A DNA stretch of 59,587 nt, the filler included, from Perkinsus olseni (lineage: Eukaryota), in NCBI GenBank assembly GCA_013115125.1. It is 4 parts of 4 records of this genome, joined end to end, with 100 filler letters (N's around TTAATTAATTAA, not from the genome) between each part and the next. Parts side by side here need not be neighbours in the genome. Positions count along the whole stretch, not along the records: positions 14,958 to 29,774 come from JABANN010000721.1; positions 29,875 to 44,681 come from JABANN010000722.1; 2 more parts are not named here. One strand, 5' to 3'. Both the position numbers and the translations under genes were made by a program. The notes beneath the pieces were generated by a model. It was not told the origin of the DNA. It saw only the letters and a program-made list of their open reading frames with translations, and did not search any database. Below are positions 28,194 through 39,199 of this stretch, in pieces (positions within the stretch are counted from its first letter, which is position 1; each line of letters begins with the position of its first letter).

Positions 28194-29581
28194 TTACCGG
28201 TAGGTCTCTCGTCTCCTCCTCTCTTCCCGACTACCACTCCTAGATCGCCTCCTCCTGTCGGGACCTACACCAGTAGGGTATCGAGAGCCGCTATCGTGGT
28301 TCTCACATACTTCGTGACCGTCTCCGATGGCGTTTATCATCACGGCTGTCACTACGGCTCCTCGACCTGTATCGCCGACGACTCACGTCAGACTCCCTTC
28401 GTTCTCTCCTATGGTACTCACGATCTCTCGAACCTAAATTCAATCAACATCTCCGACACCACCATCGTCCCTATCCCAATGTAGTCCAGAGCGCTATAAG
28501 GTTCCCCCAATGCCCCATCCCATACCCATCAGTACCTCTATCATGTCGCCTACTATCACGATCATCCTCCTCTTCCTTCACTGGCCTCTTCGACGATGAG
28601 CTCTCGGATTTCTCAACATCCGCGGACTTCGAGGACTTCTCCTTCTTATGCCGATGCTTCTTCTCTTTTTTATTCCTGTCAGAGCCATCCACCACCGCCA
28701 GCGTCTACACGTCTCCCCACTACCTTCTGGCCGCCTCAGGATCCTCTACCATCCATTTCTTATCTCGTACGGCCGTCACCCGAGCCCTAATGTCAATACA
28801 CTCCCGTCTGAGCGAGAGCACTCCTCACAGTACCTGTTCTTGCCCAATTGGTCCAGCATTTTCTGGGATTCCGTTACTCCTGCTACACCCAGACCCATCC
28901 CCTCGGCTCCGGTAGCCTTATAGTCAACATATCTACCACCAGATGGCAGTCACACATCGAAGGGAATATGAGAGCACTCACACTGGGTTGCCTTCGGCAT
29001 CCGTACCCCCCTCAGGGTCTTCAACTATAGGAGCTCGGTAAGACTGACCAGAATCAAGTTGGATACGGGTACGATATCCGCAGGCCCGACTACATTGACG
29101 TGATCAACCTTCAAAGGCCTGCCCACAAGATTGAAGCCAATCATGTTGTCTATAGCGTATCGTGTGCTCTGAACGATCATCGAATCCTGGAGCTCAGCAG
29201 TGGTCACCTCCCTACCCTTTGGTCCTCGTAGGCCAGGAACCCGAAGCCTTTGCTCTTACCGGTCTCCTTGTCTCTTACCTGACCCGAGTCCTGTTAGCGA
29301 CCTCTATGATATCGATAATTCTCTCACCAAATTGATATCCACGATCTCGCCGAACTGACTGAATACAGTGATGAGGTCTCCTTCCGTCAATCCTCTATCA
29401 AGGTTGCCGATATAAAGATACGCTGAATCCCGGTATCTAAGCTTGACTACTGCTTCTGACAGGAAGGTCATCTACCGTACTTTTCGTGCCACGAGGCATG
29501 CTCGGCCGTCTGGTCCTGGAGCTCTCGTTCGGAGAGCTGCCGAATTCGGTCTATCTCGGCATTAATACCGCGGATGCTCAT
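28194..29581 (-). CDS. RBMX2: RRM protein RBMX2/Snu17 (RES complex) with charged low-complexity tail
   Basis: SWHEKYRDSAYLYIGNLDRGLTEGDLITVFSQFGEIVDINLVRDKETGKSKGFGFLAYEDQRSTRYAIDNMIGFNLVGRPLKVDHV. Confidence 0.95.
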
Positions 29582-29774
29582 ACAGTAATAGACCCGACAA
29601 CAAATACGGCGACCTACTAGGGGAATATGCTTACCAGGAAAAATAGCCAGAGAAATATCAATACCGGGACTCGAACCGGGGATCAGTTACAGCGCGACCG
29701 CGGTACTTCCAATTCTGTACGACCCCAATACTGTACGACAGGCTGATCTCGCTCGCCCTAAATTCGCCCCCCAA

Positions 29775-29874
29775 NNNNNNNNNNNNNNNNNNNNNNNNNN
29801 NNNNNNNNNNNNNNNNNNTTAATTAATTAANNNNNNNNNNNNNNNNNNNNNNNNNNNNNNNNNNNNNNNNNNNN
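29775..29874. other. Artificial contig linker
   Basis: N44-TTAATTAATTAA-N44. Confidence 0.99.
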
Positions 29875-30439
29875 AGACCACGACGCATATGATATAAGTT
29901 AAATATATGTCTTATTGGCCAAAACCGATGAGGATCTGATTGCGGTAATTCTTGCCGATACCTAAACCTTTCGCTTCCTTCAGTTATTCCAGGAATGCCG
30001 GCGAGCATGTCCTACACCTCTCGATTTTGATCCAGCTATTCTGCCTTCAAGGACTACAATCTTCTACATACCTCCTACTACTGCAGATGTACCAATCATT
30101 CTCCTGACCTCATCTTTTCTCTCGCAGCCTTTTACTGCACGTCCTACCATTGCCTCTACTACTCCACTCTAAATGTTCGCCTTTAAAAAGACGAAAGTTG
30201 ACTGTCGAATCTATAACGTATTCCCAGATCTCTTTTTTTATCAACACCAACAATCATCTCCCAATTGGAGATTTAGTTGGAGACTCCTTTGTTCATCTCT
30301 ATGTACCCGTTTCATCATACGGCGTATGACATACGCACTATCAAGTTCTGCAACCTATCCTCGGTACTCTGTAACGACCCTTGTGTTAACCTAGCTGCTA
30401 TCAAATACTTAACTACCTAGATTCTACCTGGTTCTATTT

Positions 30440-30727
30440 AAATTAATGTTCGTTCTGAACGAACATTAATTTGATCCTCTTACAAGCTGCACATATTCCG
30501 AACGTGAGCGAACCATAGATCGCGTCCGAGTTTCGGACGTGTTCTATGGTTCAGCGTTATTTCGGACTCCGAAATAACGCTAGATTGATACTGTATACTC
30601 CACTGTGAGAAGTGTAGGAACAAGTGAGTTGCCTAGGAATCCTAGCTATTCCTCGAGCGTAGTGAGGGACGTGGTCCCTCTGACTAAGAGCTAGAGAACC
30701 CCGGAGCGAAGCGACGGGTTCTGCTAG
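30440..30727 (+). mobile_element. Helitron-like non-autonomous element 3' end (5' end unresolved)
   Basis: GC-rich hairpin CCCG-GAGCGAAGCGA-CGGG followed 5 nt later by CTAG|T at 30724-30728, with several hairpins upstream. Confidence 0.55.
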
Positions 30728-31784
30728 TATTATTAATTTAATAATGTCTCGTGACCGTTGCTGCGAATGGCAGCCTGCGACAGTACTGTAAAGCTTACAC
30801 CATACGACATATGGTAGTACCATAATGATATTTATTACCAGCCTGGTAACACCAGGTAATACGATTATCGTACTACGATAATGGTGTACGTCACGCTGGC
30901 CTTTTATAATGTCCCAGCACAGTTCTTTTCCCCATCGTCATGCCTCGCATTGGTGGGAGGAAAGCCCGCGCGTGGTCGAGTGATGTCCAGAATGAAAAGA
31001 CCAAAATAGACCGAGCTCTGTCTGCAGAGCATGCTTACATGAGCGATAGTGAGGTCAGGATCTCGAACCACTTGGGGGGCTACCAAAGGAAGGAAGTCTA
31101 TAAGCGGTGGGTTCTTTTGATAGAGACTAAGACGCAGAGATCTCCACCCTATGGGCTGTACCTCCGCCGCGCGGATCGTCCGAGGACCCTGTCGATAGCC
31201 CGGCGTATCGGTCTTGGAGAATGGGCTGAGGAAAACCTTCGACAGTGTGCTCCGAGTTCGATTGCTGCCCATGCGCAAGATCCAGGCGCAGGCGAGTCGC
31301 AGCCAGAAGAAATGCTTGGTTCAACGTCTCCAGCCAGGCTGCGACGGAGACAGAGCTTTTCCATGGTAATATAGTTAGATCGGCGACGGTTTAGTCTACT
31401 CCGTAGTCATTAGTCCCTGCTGTGCGCCAGGATGAGGACTCGGCTCGAGGTTTCGAATCAGAGAATCGGGACGAGGAACCGCCCGCTCCACATGTAGATG
31501 CAAGAGCCACTGGGGGTGTATATGGTGTACGCTTGAGCAAGATGGGAGTGCGCTAGTGGACTGGGCCTCTTGCAGGGTCCGTTGCTGGCAGCAACTTGCT
31601 GCGTCAGCACTACCGCGACTTGACGACGGGGGAGCTACGGGAGGACCACTTTCAGGTATCATGGTTAGCGGGCCCGGATGATGAGGAATCTTCTGGTTCT
31701 GCGGCGTCGAGTGGGTCTAGTTTGGACTCGGAGGCCTTATAAGCTGTATCTCAAACTAGTAGGATTTCCGTAGAACCCGTATCA

Positions 31785-32641
31785 TTGGAGATGCACCCGT
31801 TAAACGCCATATCGCGTTAATCACGATTTGATAAACGCGAAAAACGCGAATTGATAATCGACTTTATCACATCGCGAAAAAACGCTACTGAAAACCACCT
31901 TTTCGCGAAAATCACGAATCGTATATCGCGTTATATGATATAACGCGATATACGATTCGTGATTTTCGCGAAATATATTTTCGCGATGATATAACTTATA
32001 TCATGTTATGTGATATATCGCGCTATCGCGTTCTATTCACAGCCGAGACCTGGTGCCACCAGGCTGGTGGTAACTGTGGTTTTCGCATATATCGTATATA
32101 TGATATATGCAATCTCCGCGGCTCGAACTTGGATCCTTCTCCCCTCGAATCTTGAAGGAAAATCTCGAAATGAAGGCCTTGAATCTTCCGCAACTCGCCT
32201 GCACGCCACTTCTGAATCGCGATTCGGAAAGGTAGTACGTGCGAAAGAGCGTGCAGCGAGCGTTCGGATCTCTGAAACGTTTTGATATTCTCTACACTAA
32301 GTGCAGGAGCAGGCTGCAGAAGAGGGGTGGGCTTTCTCCCAGGCCAGTGTGCGCGTGCCGAATTCTGGTGAATCTAGATTTTCTGTATCATGAGCAAACA
32401 GGTATAGGAGTAGCCCCTAACATTTTTCTCTTTTTCGCTCCCAACCGGTTGAGTTTATCTGAGTTCGGGTGTGATCTGATTACGATATCGCAGAACGTGA
32501 TATGACATCGCGGAAAGCTCCGTGATGTGTTAATCGCGAAAGCGTTTTTCGCGATTTATCTTTTTTCTCGCGATTTTTCGCGAAGTGCAATTCGTGATGT
32601 GTTTTTCGCTAGCGTTTTTCACTACGCGGGTGCATCTCCAG
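31785..32641. mobile_element. Non-autonomous TIR DNA transposon (MITE) with internal 73-bp palindrome
   Basis: TIR TGGAGATGCACCCG at 31786 and inverted at 32627-32640. Flanks are CGTATCA and TGTATCA. There are many subterminal TCGCG/CGCGA motifs and no transposase ORF. Confidence 0.8.
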
Positions 32642-33732
32642 TGTATCAGCTCAGTTGTTGATACACCGTCGGAATAGAACTGACTGCAAGGGGTCTGTTG
32701 AACAACTTTCTTCGCGCTGGCGTTGTCTGCAACCCTGGTTGACCGCCTCCAGCTAACCTAACACTGCAATGCCCCGTAGGGTGTCGATTAGCTTCTCTCT
32801 CGTTTATCAAATCGTGATTAACGCGATATGGCGTTTAACGGGTGCATCTCCACTGTAGTCAGTAAGACAATTACCAACCTTACGGCTAGCAACCGACTCA
32901 AGGACCAACAGAAGGAAGGACAACTTCAACAAAAAAGGGACAACCGTTGCGTATCGCGCACGCCCGGCGTCACAGTATCGAACCCGCGCTACCGCGCAAA
33001 GCTATGAAGCTTATTATGAGGTCTGGGGCTCATCGCACGCAGACGCAACGAGCGGAGCGAAACGAGTTCCCTTTCCATGAAATGGAACAGATGTGCAATT
33101 ACCGAGTGATCGGATAACAACTGCAATGAGTAAACGATCATAACTAGTAGAAGGGTGACGCTCGAGGAGACGCTTACGTTAGCCGTCTCCGAGTCTCGGA
33201 GTCCGAGACAGCACGCTGTCACGGGCGAGCGACAGGTCTCAACTCGAGTGATACTGTATGAAGTGAAAATGAATGTAGTCGGTACACAGCCCGAGTGCAG
33301 TGCACCATCAATAAAGGCCCATCATCGTCGGGCGCTTCTATATCTGGACCAGTGGTCATTGTTTAACACAATAGAGAGTTGAGTTGGGTATAACAAAGAT
33401 GATAACAGTATTCGATGGTTATCAACAAGATGTTGTTCAGTCAACAACCTGTTGACAACAACAGCCACTCTACTAGCGCGTATCCTATGCAACCACAGGA
33501 CACAGCCACTAGCTTGTGTGGAGTGTATCACTGGAGATGCATCACTTGGTGCTGGCAGACCCGCTTGATGGTGCTATGATAGCACTGCTATCGACCCTCC
33601 GGGCAACTTGGAAATTTGATTCCCTCGGCCGTTGAAAGTTTCGCATCTCGCTTTAGCCCTTCCTTCTGTCTTGTTGCTCCACAAGGTGGGCTCCACGTAT
33701 GTCCACATCAGCGTTCGTGACTGGTGTTTTAG

Positions 33733-35364
33733 CGCGAGTGGAAGGAGCTATCCCGGAGGATCTGAAGCAGACTGTACGGGCGGTGCTAGGCAGGATTGAA
33801 TCAGCGAGGCTCAGCAGTAAATTCACCGAGTCGCTTAATGACTTGTAGGATGTGGGGGTGCTGGCAGTTCTTATTTTTTGCGGTTACTGCGGCGCGTTGC
33901 TTTCCGTGATTTATAGTGTAGATTTTACACGATTATTTCCCATTACAGGCAGTATACGGCCAAAATGACGAACAAAAAAGATGGGTGTCGCATACTCCTC
34001 ACGTTCTGGCGAATATTCTGTACCAACCGTTCGGGTCAACCAAGTTGCCGTGCATCTGTCGGTCTTAATCGTTCGTACCTTTCATTTCTCATTTGGTCAT
34101 TCAGGGTGGAGAAACGTCTTATGGAGATGGTAAGCGACAAAAGAGCCACCGGGGAATGGCAGGTGGGAGGCGGTGACGACATCGACTCCTTGAACAGCAA
34201 TCCCAAGTTCGTGCTACCTTTCCTGGAGCAGCTCGTAGGAGAATATCAAAGAGGGAATTGGCCGAAGAAGACTACGGCCCTTACTGTCAACATGGGTGCG
34301 GATAACATTATGCTTTTGTTATACCGTGTTTCCCCCCTTATGTCTCCTTGGCGAGGCACGATCGTGTCCGGCGTTACTGGAGCCCAGAGAGTAGAGAAAG
34401 AAGCAGAACTTCTTGCGATATCGAAGGGAGCGGCATCGTCTTTGACGGTGCCCGGAAAGTTGCCGGTTCGCGGAAGGTTCTGGACATGCGATAACTGCAG
34501 TGTCCGCAACTCTGGTACCGCTGTACTGTGTGCCAGTTGTGGGAGGGAACAGGTATCTGTGGGATGTCACAAGAGTAGGAAGAGACTGTTAGACACGAAT
34601 TCCATTCCTCAATTTTAAGGCCCTAAAGACATCGAGGCGCTGATACACTCAATGCCCACGGGAATGGCAGAGACTGAAGCTGGTGGTGAGTTCATTAGTT
34701 CATCATAGTTGTGGGATCAAGCGCCGTTCAGCCGGAAGCCTCACCGTTTCGGAGAGTCCCGACAAAGGTTGGTGGTGCGAGATCTGCAATAAAGCTATTC
34801 TGGATTTTAAATGCAAATCCTGCGGTTCCACGATGAACAACAGAATAAGGAACGGCCGCCGTCCAAGGTGAGGCTAGGACTCGGGAATAGCCCGACATCT
34901 CATTGGGGGCTTTCGCTCTCGGAATACTGACGAGCTTATCATTGACGAGTTTCTTAGCACTCTTGCCGGTGCCGCTGCACTCTCCTCGTGTGAGGGCACT
35001 TAGCTAGCACTCCGTGTCTGGAGGAATCGTAGATACTGCCTGTAGTCTGGATGGACGTCAGCCATCAGCATCGTGGCGCATCTTTTAGACTGAAACCCGG
35101 GCAGTGGGAATGCTGGGGTGCTGAATGCGGTTATATCAACTACAAGCAACACACTATCTGCCGCAAGTGTGGTAGGGATAAGAACGTAGAAGAGGACGAC
35201 ACGTGGCCCGACAAGAGACAAGTAGTAATGAAGGGGCATTCGGGTGTTTACGCTCCTTAGTAGGTTCCCGACCCTGCACATCGACTACAGTTGAGAACTT
35301 TCGTCTACACCAAGTTGGTGCAGGTGAGCGATGGTATAAGGCGGCGTTGGTGAGGTATTTGTGA
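33733..35364 (+). CDS. RanBP2-type zinc-finger protein, multi-exon; ends approximate
   Basis: RGRFWTCDNCSVRNSGTAVLCASCGRE, KGWWCEICNKAILDFKCKSCGS, KPGQWECWGAECGYINYKQHTICRKCGRDK (W-x-C...C...N...C-x2-C pattern). Confidence 0.75.
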
Positions 35365-36470
35365 AGGTGTTTGAGCCACTAGACCCCCTATTGGACGCAC
35401 CTCAGAAGGAATTCGACTTTGCCGCTGAGAGGTTGAAGACAGAGGCGTTGAAAGTAACGAGGGCGAGCGGTCCATCGCGTTCAACGATACGAGCTCCCTA
35501 AAGGGCCTGAGAGGCACTCACAGAAGCAAGCGCATCTCTCCCGCCGCGACGTGAATTCCTGTCTCGCCCAATTGACTATTCGTTGGTTGTATTCAAATGA
35601 TCCTAGCTCTTGGTATGTTTGGATCAAGCATAGGATTGTCGTCAGCGAGTGTTACTCGGAGTTACGCCTGTTGCGGTGACATTAAGGCCTCATCGTTCTG
35701 TGCCAATATCTGGAATGATCACACTGAAATGATGTATCGGATCGGGGTGGCACTCGGTGAGTCCTGCTTCGATCGAATATCTCCTCTACCAAGAAGCTTC
35801 GTCATTATAAGACCAGTCGTGCATTCTCACCCTTTGAGCCAAAAAAGCAATGGATTTCCTGCAGCATCTGATCTTAGGCTTTCATGAAGAGGGGCATTAG
35901 GGGTTTGCAGGAATGCGATCCATTATGTGACTATTTCTATAACGACAGCCCGAGTGATAATGAAGAGGGATCTGACACCGCTGTTGGAGGCCATACGTGA
36001 GTTGAGACGCTGACAATCGACTTTCTAGCTCGTCTCGTCTACCAGGTCTGCACTGAACAGTCAGTGGGAGAGCGTGGAAGAGCAACTGAGGTCGATGGGA
36101 TTCTCGGAGGATGACATTAGAAGGGTGAGCTGGCGGAGTATGGTCGAAATCGAAATCGAGGCCTGCCAGACTTATTGATCGCTGCGGGTTGTCCCCAGGG
36201 TTTCTGCCGCACACTCACAATCATCTACATGGGCTCTCCCTCATGATCTGTTGAACATAGGCTGGCAACCTCTTGGGTATGCAACGGGTGTTGTCGATGA
36301 TAAAGCTTTCAACGCCTGAATGCATCATGGGTGGAAACGCCGAGCCTGCGAACACTAGCGGATCGGAGCTACCTCTAGTGATGGATGAGATATGTTTCTT
36401 CAGGCAATGAAGGCTGATCGCTCGACACCATTGACTGCGGAGGAGGCTATCAACTTTATTTTCAATTAAA

Positions 36471-37439
36471 ATGATTCTGAGCTCCGCGTTGTTGATACTA
36501 TTTCCAGTCCATTGCCTAGCTGTCTCATCCATGGCTTGCCCAAACTGTTCAACCGACGCCTGCCAATTGCCTTGGGAGCCTGTACCGATCCATGACGATG
36601 ACTGTGGCATGGCTACCTCAACTGAGCCCTTCCTCGTCCGGCAGTGGAAGTCTGTTCCTGCGAGTTCCCCGTGGGGGTCCATCGAGGGCTTGTCACGGCT
36701 GGCAGGCAACGCAGTCGCGGGCTGCTGCGTAGACGGCACGAACGCCTTCATGCAGGTCCAAAATGCATTGGAGGGGATAAGAGAAGGGAGATGCGTGAGT
36801 ATTAAAGGGTGGGAGTATGTGGCTCAAGGCTGTGCGGATGCCGTTAGATTCAACGCTGTGGATAATTGTCTGCTAGCCAACAACAAATCAGCGCTGGCGA
36901 GAAAAGTTTCAGAGGTTATGCGGTGGGTGTTCGTGGGTACTGTGGGAACGGGTTCGGCCTGTCATATTGATCCATTGGCGACAGTGGCATGCACTTGGCT
37001 TACGCATGGACGAAAGGAATGGCGAATGGCGTCTGGTGTTCCCGCTGACGTGGATCATCTTCCATCACTGTTCGAGTGCTCGGAGAAGTTGAGAGCTTAT
37101 CGTCACTTATACAAGTTCACTATGGAGCCCGGAGATCTGATTTTCATTCCTCGGGGTTGCCTTCACGAGGTTAGAAATTTGAGCACTACCATAGAAGTAA
37201 CTCATAATTTCGTACTCAAGCCGGCAGCGATGTGGGACGAAGTTCGGCGGGCGCTGTCGTTGGTTATGGCTTACGGTGGCTTGACACCGTTGGAGAACCA
37301 TCCCAAAGTGGATTCATTGTTGTTTGGGATGCTGATGGCTTGTATGTATGATGATATTGAAATGCCTGATGATATTGCTGCCAAGGTTGGGAAAATAAGA
37401 CCGTCAATTGATTTCGCTGGTGATGAGGAAGATATTTAA
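36471..37439 (+). CDS. JmjC-domain 2-oxoglutarate oxygenase (JMJD4/6/8-like), intronless
   Basis: RWVFVGTVGTGSACHIDP...HGRKEW...EPGDLIFIPRGCLHEVRNL..TIEVTHNF; the HxD...H iron triad is intact; single 322-aa ORF. Confidence 0.88.
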   Translation: MILSSALLILFPVHCLAVSSMACPNCSTDACQLPWEPVPIHDDDCGMATSTEPFLVRQWKSVPASSPWGSIEGLSRLAGNAVAGCCVDGTNAFMQVQNALEGIREGRCVSIKGWEYVAQGCADAVRFNAVDNCLLANNKSALARKVSEVMRWVFVGTVGTGSACHIDPLATVACTWLTHGRKEWRMASGVPADVDHLPSLFECSEKLRAYRHLYKFTMEPGDLIFIPRGCLHEVRNLSTTIEVTHNFVLKPAAMWDEVRRALSLVMAYGGLTPLENHPKVDSLLFGMLMACMYDDIEMPDDIAAKVGKIRPSIDFAGDEEDI

Positions 37440-37817
37440 GTTTCTAGCGGATTCTGTTGCGTCAAGAAAGTTTCGGCGAAATAGATTTCATCAATTCTAA
37501 CCGCAGTTGGACTACAAAAGATGTAGAGTGAGAAGTCTAGGGCTAGTTATAGAAGAGCGTTGTTCACACTCATTCATTTGTTCATTCTCACCCTCCTGGA
37601 GGTTTCTGTGACGAAAGTCCGACAATAAAGTGTGGGCTTCACAGTGCAATCGCCAATTCAACTAATATTCGAACGACTCTACTCCCAAACCGAATTGATG
37701 AACTCAAACGCACACCAGCACAGTGGCGGGTCCAGAAGCACACAGATCGACAACGAACCGGCGGCAACATTCACACCGTAGTAGCTCCTGTGAACATCAT
37801 TGTGCGACTGTGGTAAT

Positions 37818-38546
37818 CTACTTCTCAGCCTTGGCCTTCTCCTCAGCGGCCTTAGCGCGCTTGGGAGCCATCTTCTTAGTGATGCGAGCCTGACGGAGAG
37901 TGGTGTAGGCGGAGGTCTCGCGTTCTTCCTTGGTGATGGCTCGGGCGTGCTCCACAACACGGGCAGTGGGAACCGGGATGATAGTCTGAGAAGACAGTGG
38001 AATAATTCTATACCAGAAACGGTTGAGCGCGAGGCTACCTTGCAAGTGTTCTGGGTGGCGTTGGCGAGCTCGGCGCGAGCGGTATCACCGTTCTTGGCCT
38101 TGGAGCCCCTGGGGAACACGGCGAGTTTAGCCTTGTACTGGTTCAAGCGATCGACGTTGAGCGCGAGAGACTCCTCGGACTTGTTGTGACGGCGCTTATC
38201 GACCTACGAAGGAGAAATGGCTCTACGAGGACGGCCCGAAGTTCGGTTGTACTACCTTGATGCCGATGGTGGGGGCGAGCTTGACGGAAATACCGGCAGC
38301 AGCGAGCTCCTCAACAGTGAATCCACGACCGAGACGGAGCTTGTAATTGTACCTCTGGGTGGGAGGGCGAACCACGGGCCTCAAGAGACCAGCTGAAGGC
38401 CTGGGATAGGTAGCCGCGGCCTTAGACTGACGAGTAAGACGGCGGCGATGCTTCCGGGCGGGCTGGTCGAACCAGGTCTTGATGTGCTTCTGCCAGTACT
38501 TGCGGAAGTGGATGTTAGGGATAACGTTGTTGTACTTGACCGCCAT
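37818..38546 (-). CDS. RPL13: 60S ribosomal protein L13 (eL13), three exons
   Basis: [24 protein letters not shown]...[27 protein letters not shown]...[30 protein letters not shown]...AYTTLRQAR. Confidence 0.97.
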
Positions 38547-39199
38547 GTTTGATTACTGAAACATCACACCACAATTGGCAAAGGGTTCTCTCAGACCCGC
38601 TAGAACCCCAATCGGATTTACACTGCCTAAATCCATCGCATCCCAATGTCTCATCCACCCGAAGCGTCGACGGACCCACAGATCTATTGAACGCAGTCCT
38701 CACACCCGTACTACCTGTCGTCTGGTCTTCCTGCCAACTGTGACGAAAGCTACGTCGCGAATCGATTTTCTGGGCGAGCGAGATTTTCGACGACTGCTGG
38801 TAGCCCGCGAACGTGCTACCTATGTGACGACATTCTAATCACCCTAGTAGACAAAGTGTCACTTTCACGAGATTCAAGAGAATGGAGCTGTTCCTCAGTT
38901 ACGATTTAGTAGGTCCCAAAATTGTAGCCACCTACCGAAGCTTGTTGGCTCTGCTAGCGTTGGCTCCTTGGCGAGGCCTGATGCAGCGAATATTCACTTC
39001 AACAACAAGTAGCTCCGTTGTGCTTATTGGATTGAATTGCGAGGTCGGTCGGTGAGAGACAGTCGTTCGACCGTTTCAGCCACTTCGATAGACTCGAGCT
39101 CATTCTCGAACACTCAGAATACATACGGCTGCGGGCAGATATCCACAGCAGGTAGATGATGAAAGCAAATCTTTGTTGAACTTCTCGTGGTTACAGCGA

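Noticed and set aside
7244..29581. Apparent clustering of splicing factors CWC22 and RBMX2
   Set aside because: They lie on different contigs separated by an artificial linker.
30940..31374. 144-aa ATG ORF between two repeat elements
   Set aside because: No recognisable domain and no Rep, helicase or DDE motifs; cannot be supported as a gene or transposase.
36221..36751. 176-aa minus-strand ORF
   Set aside because: Partly antisense to the JmjC gene and has no recognisable motifs.
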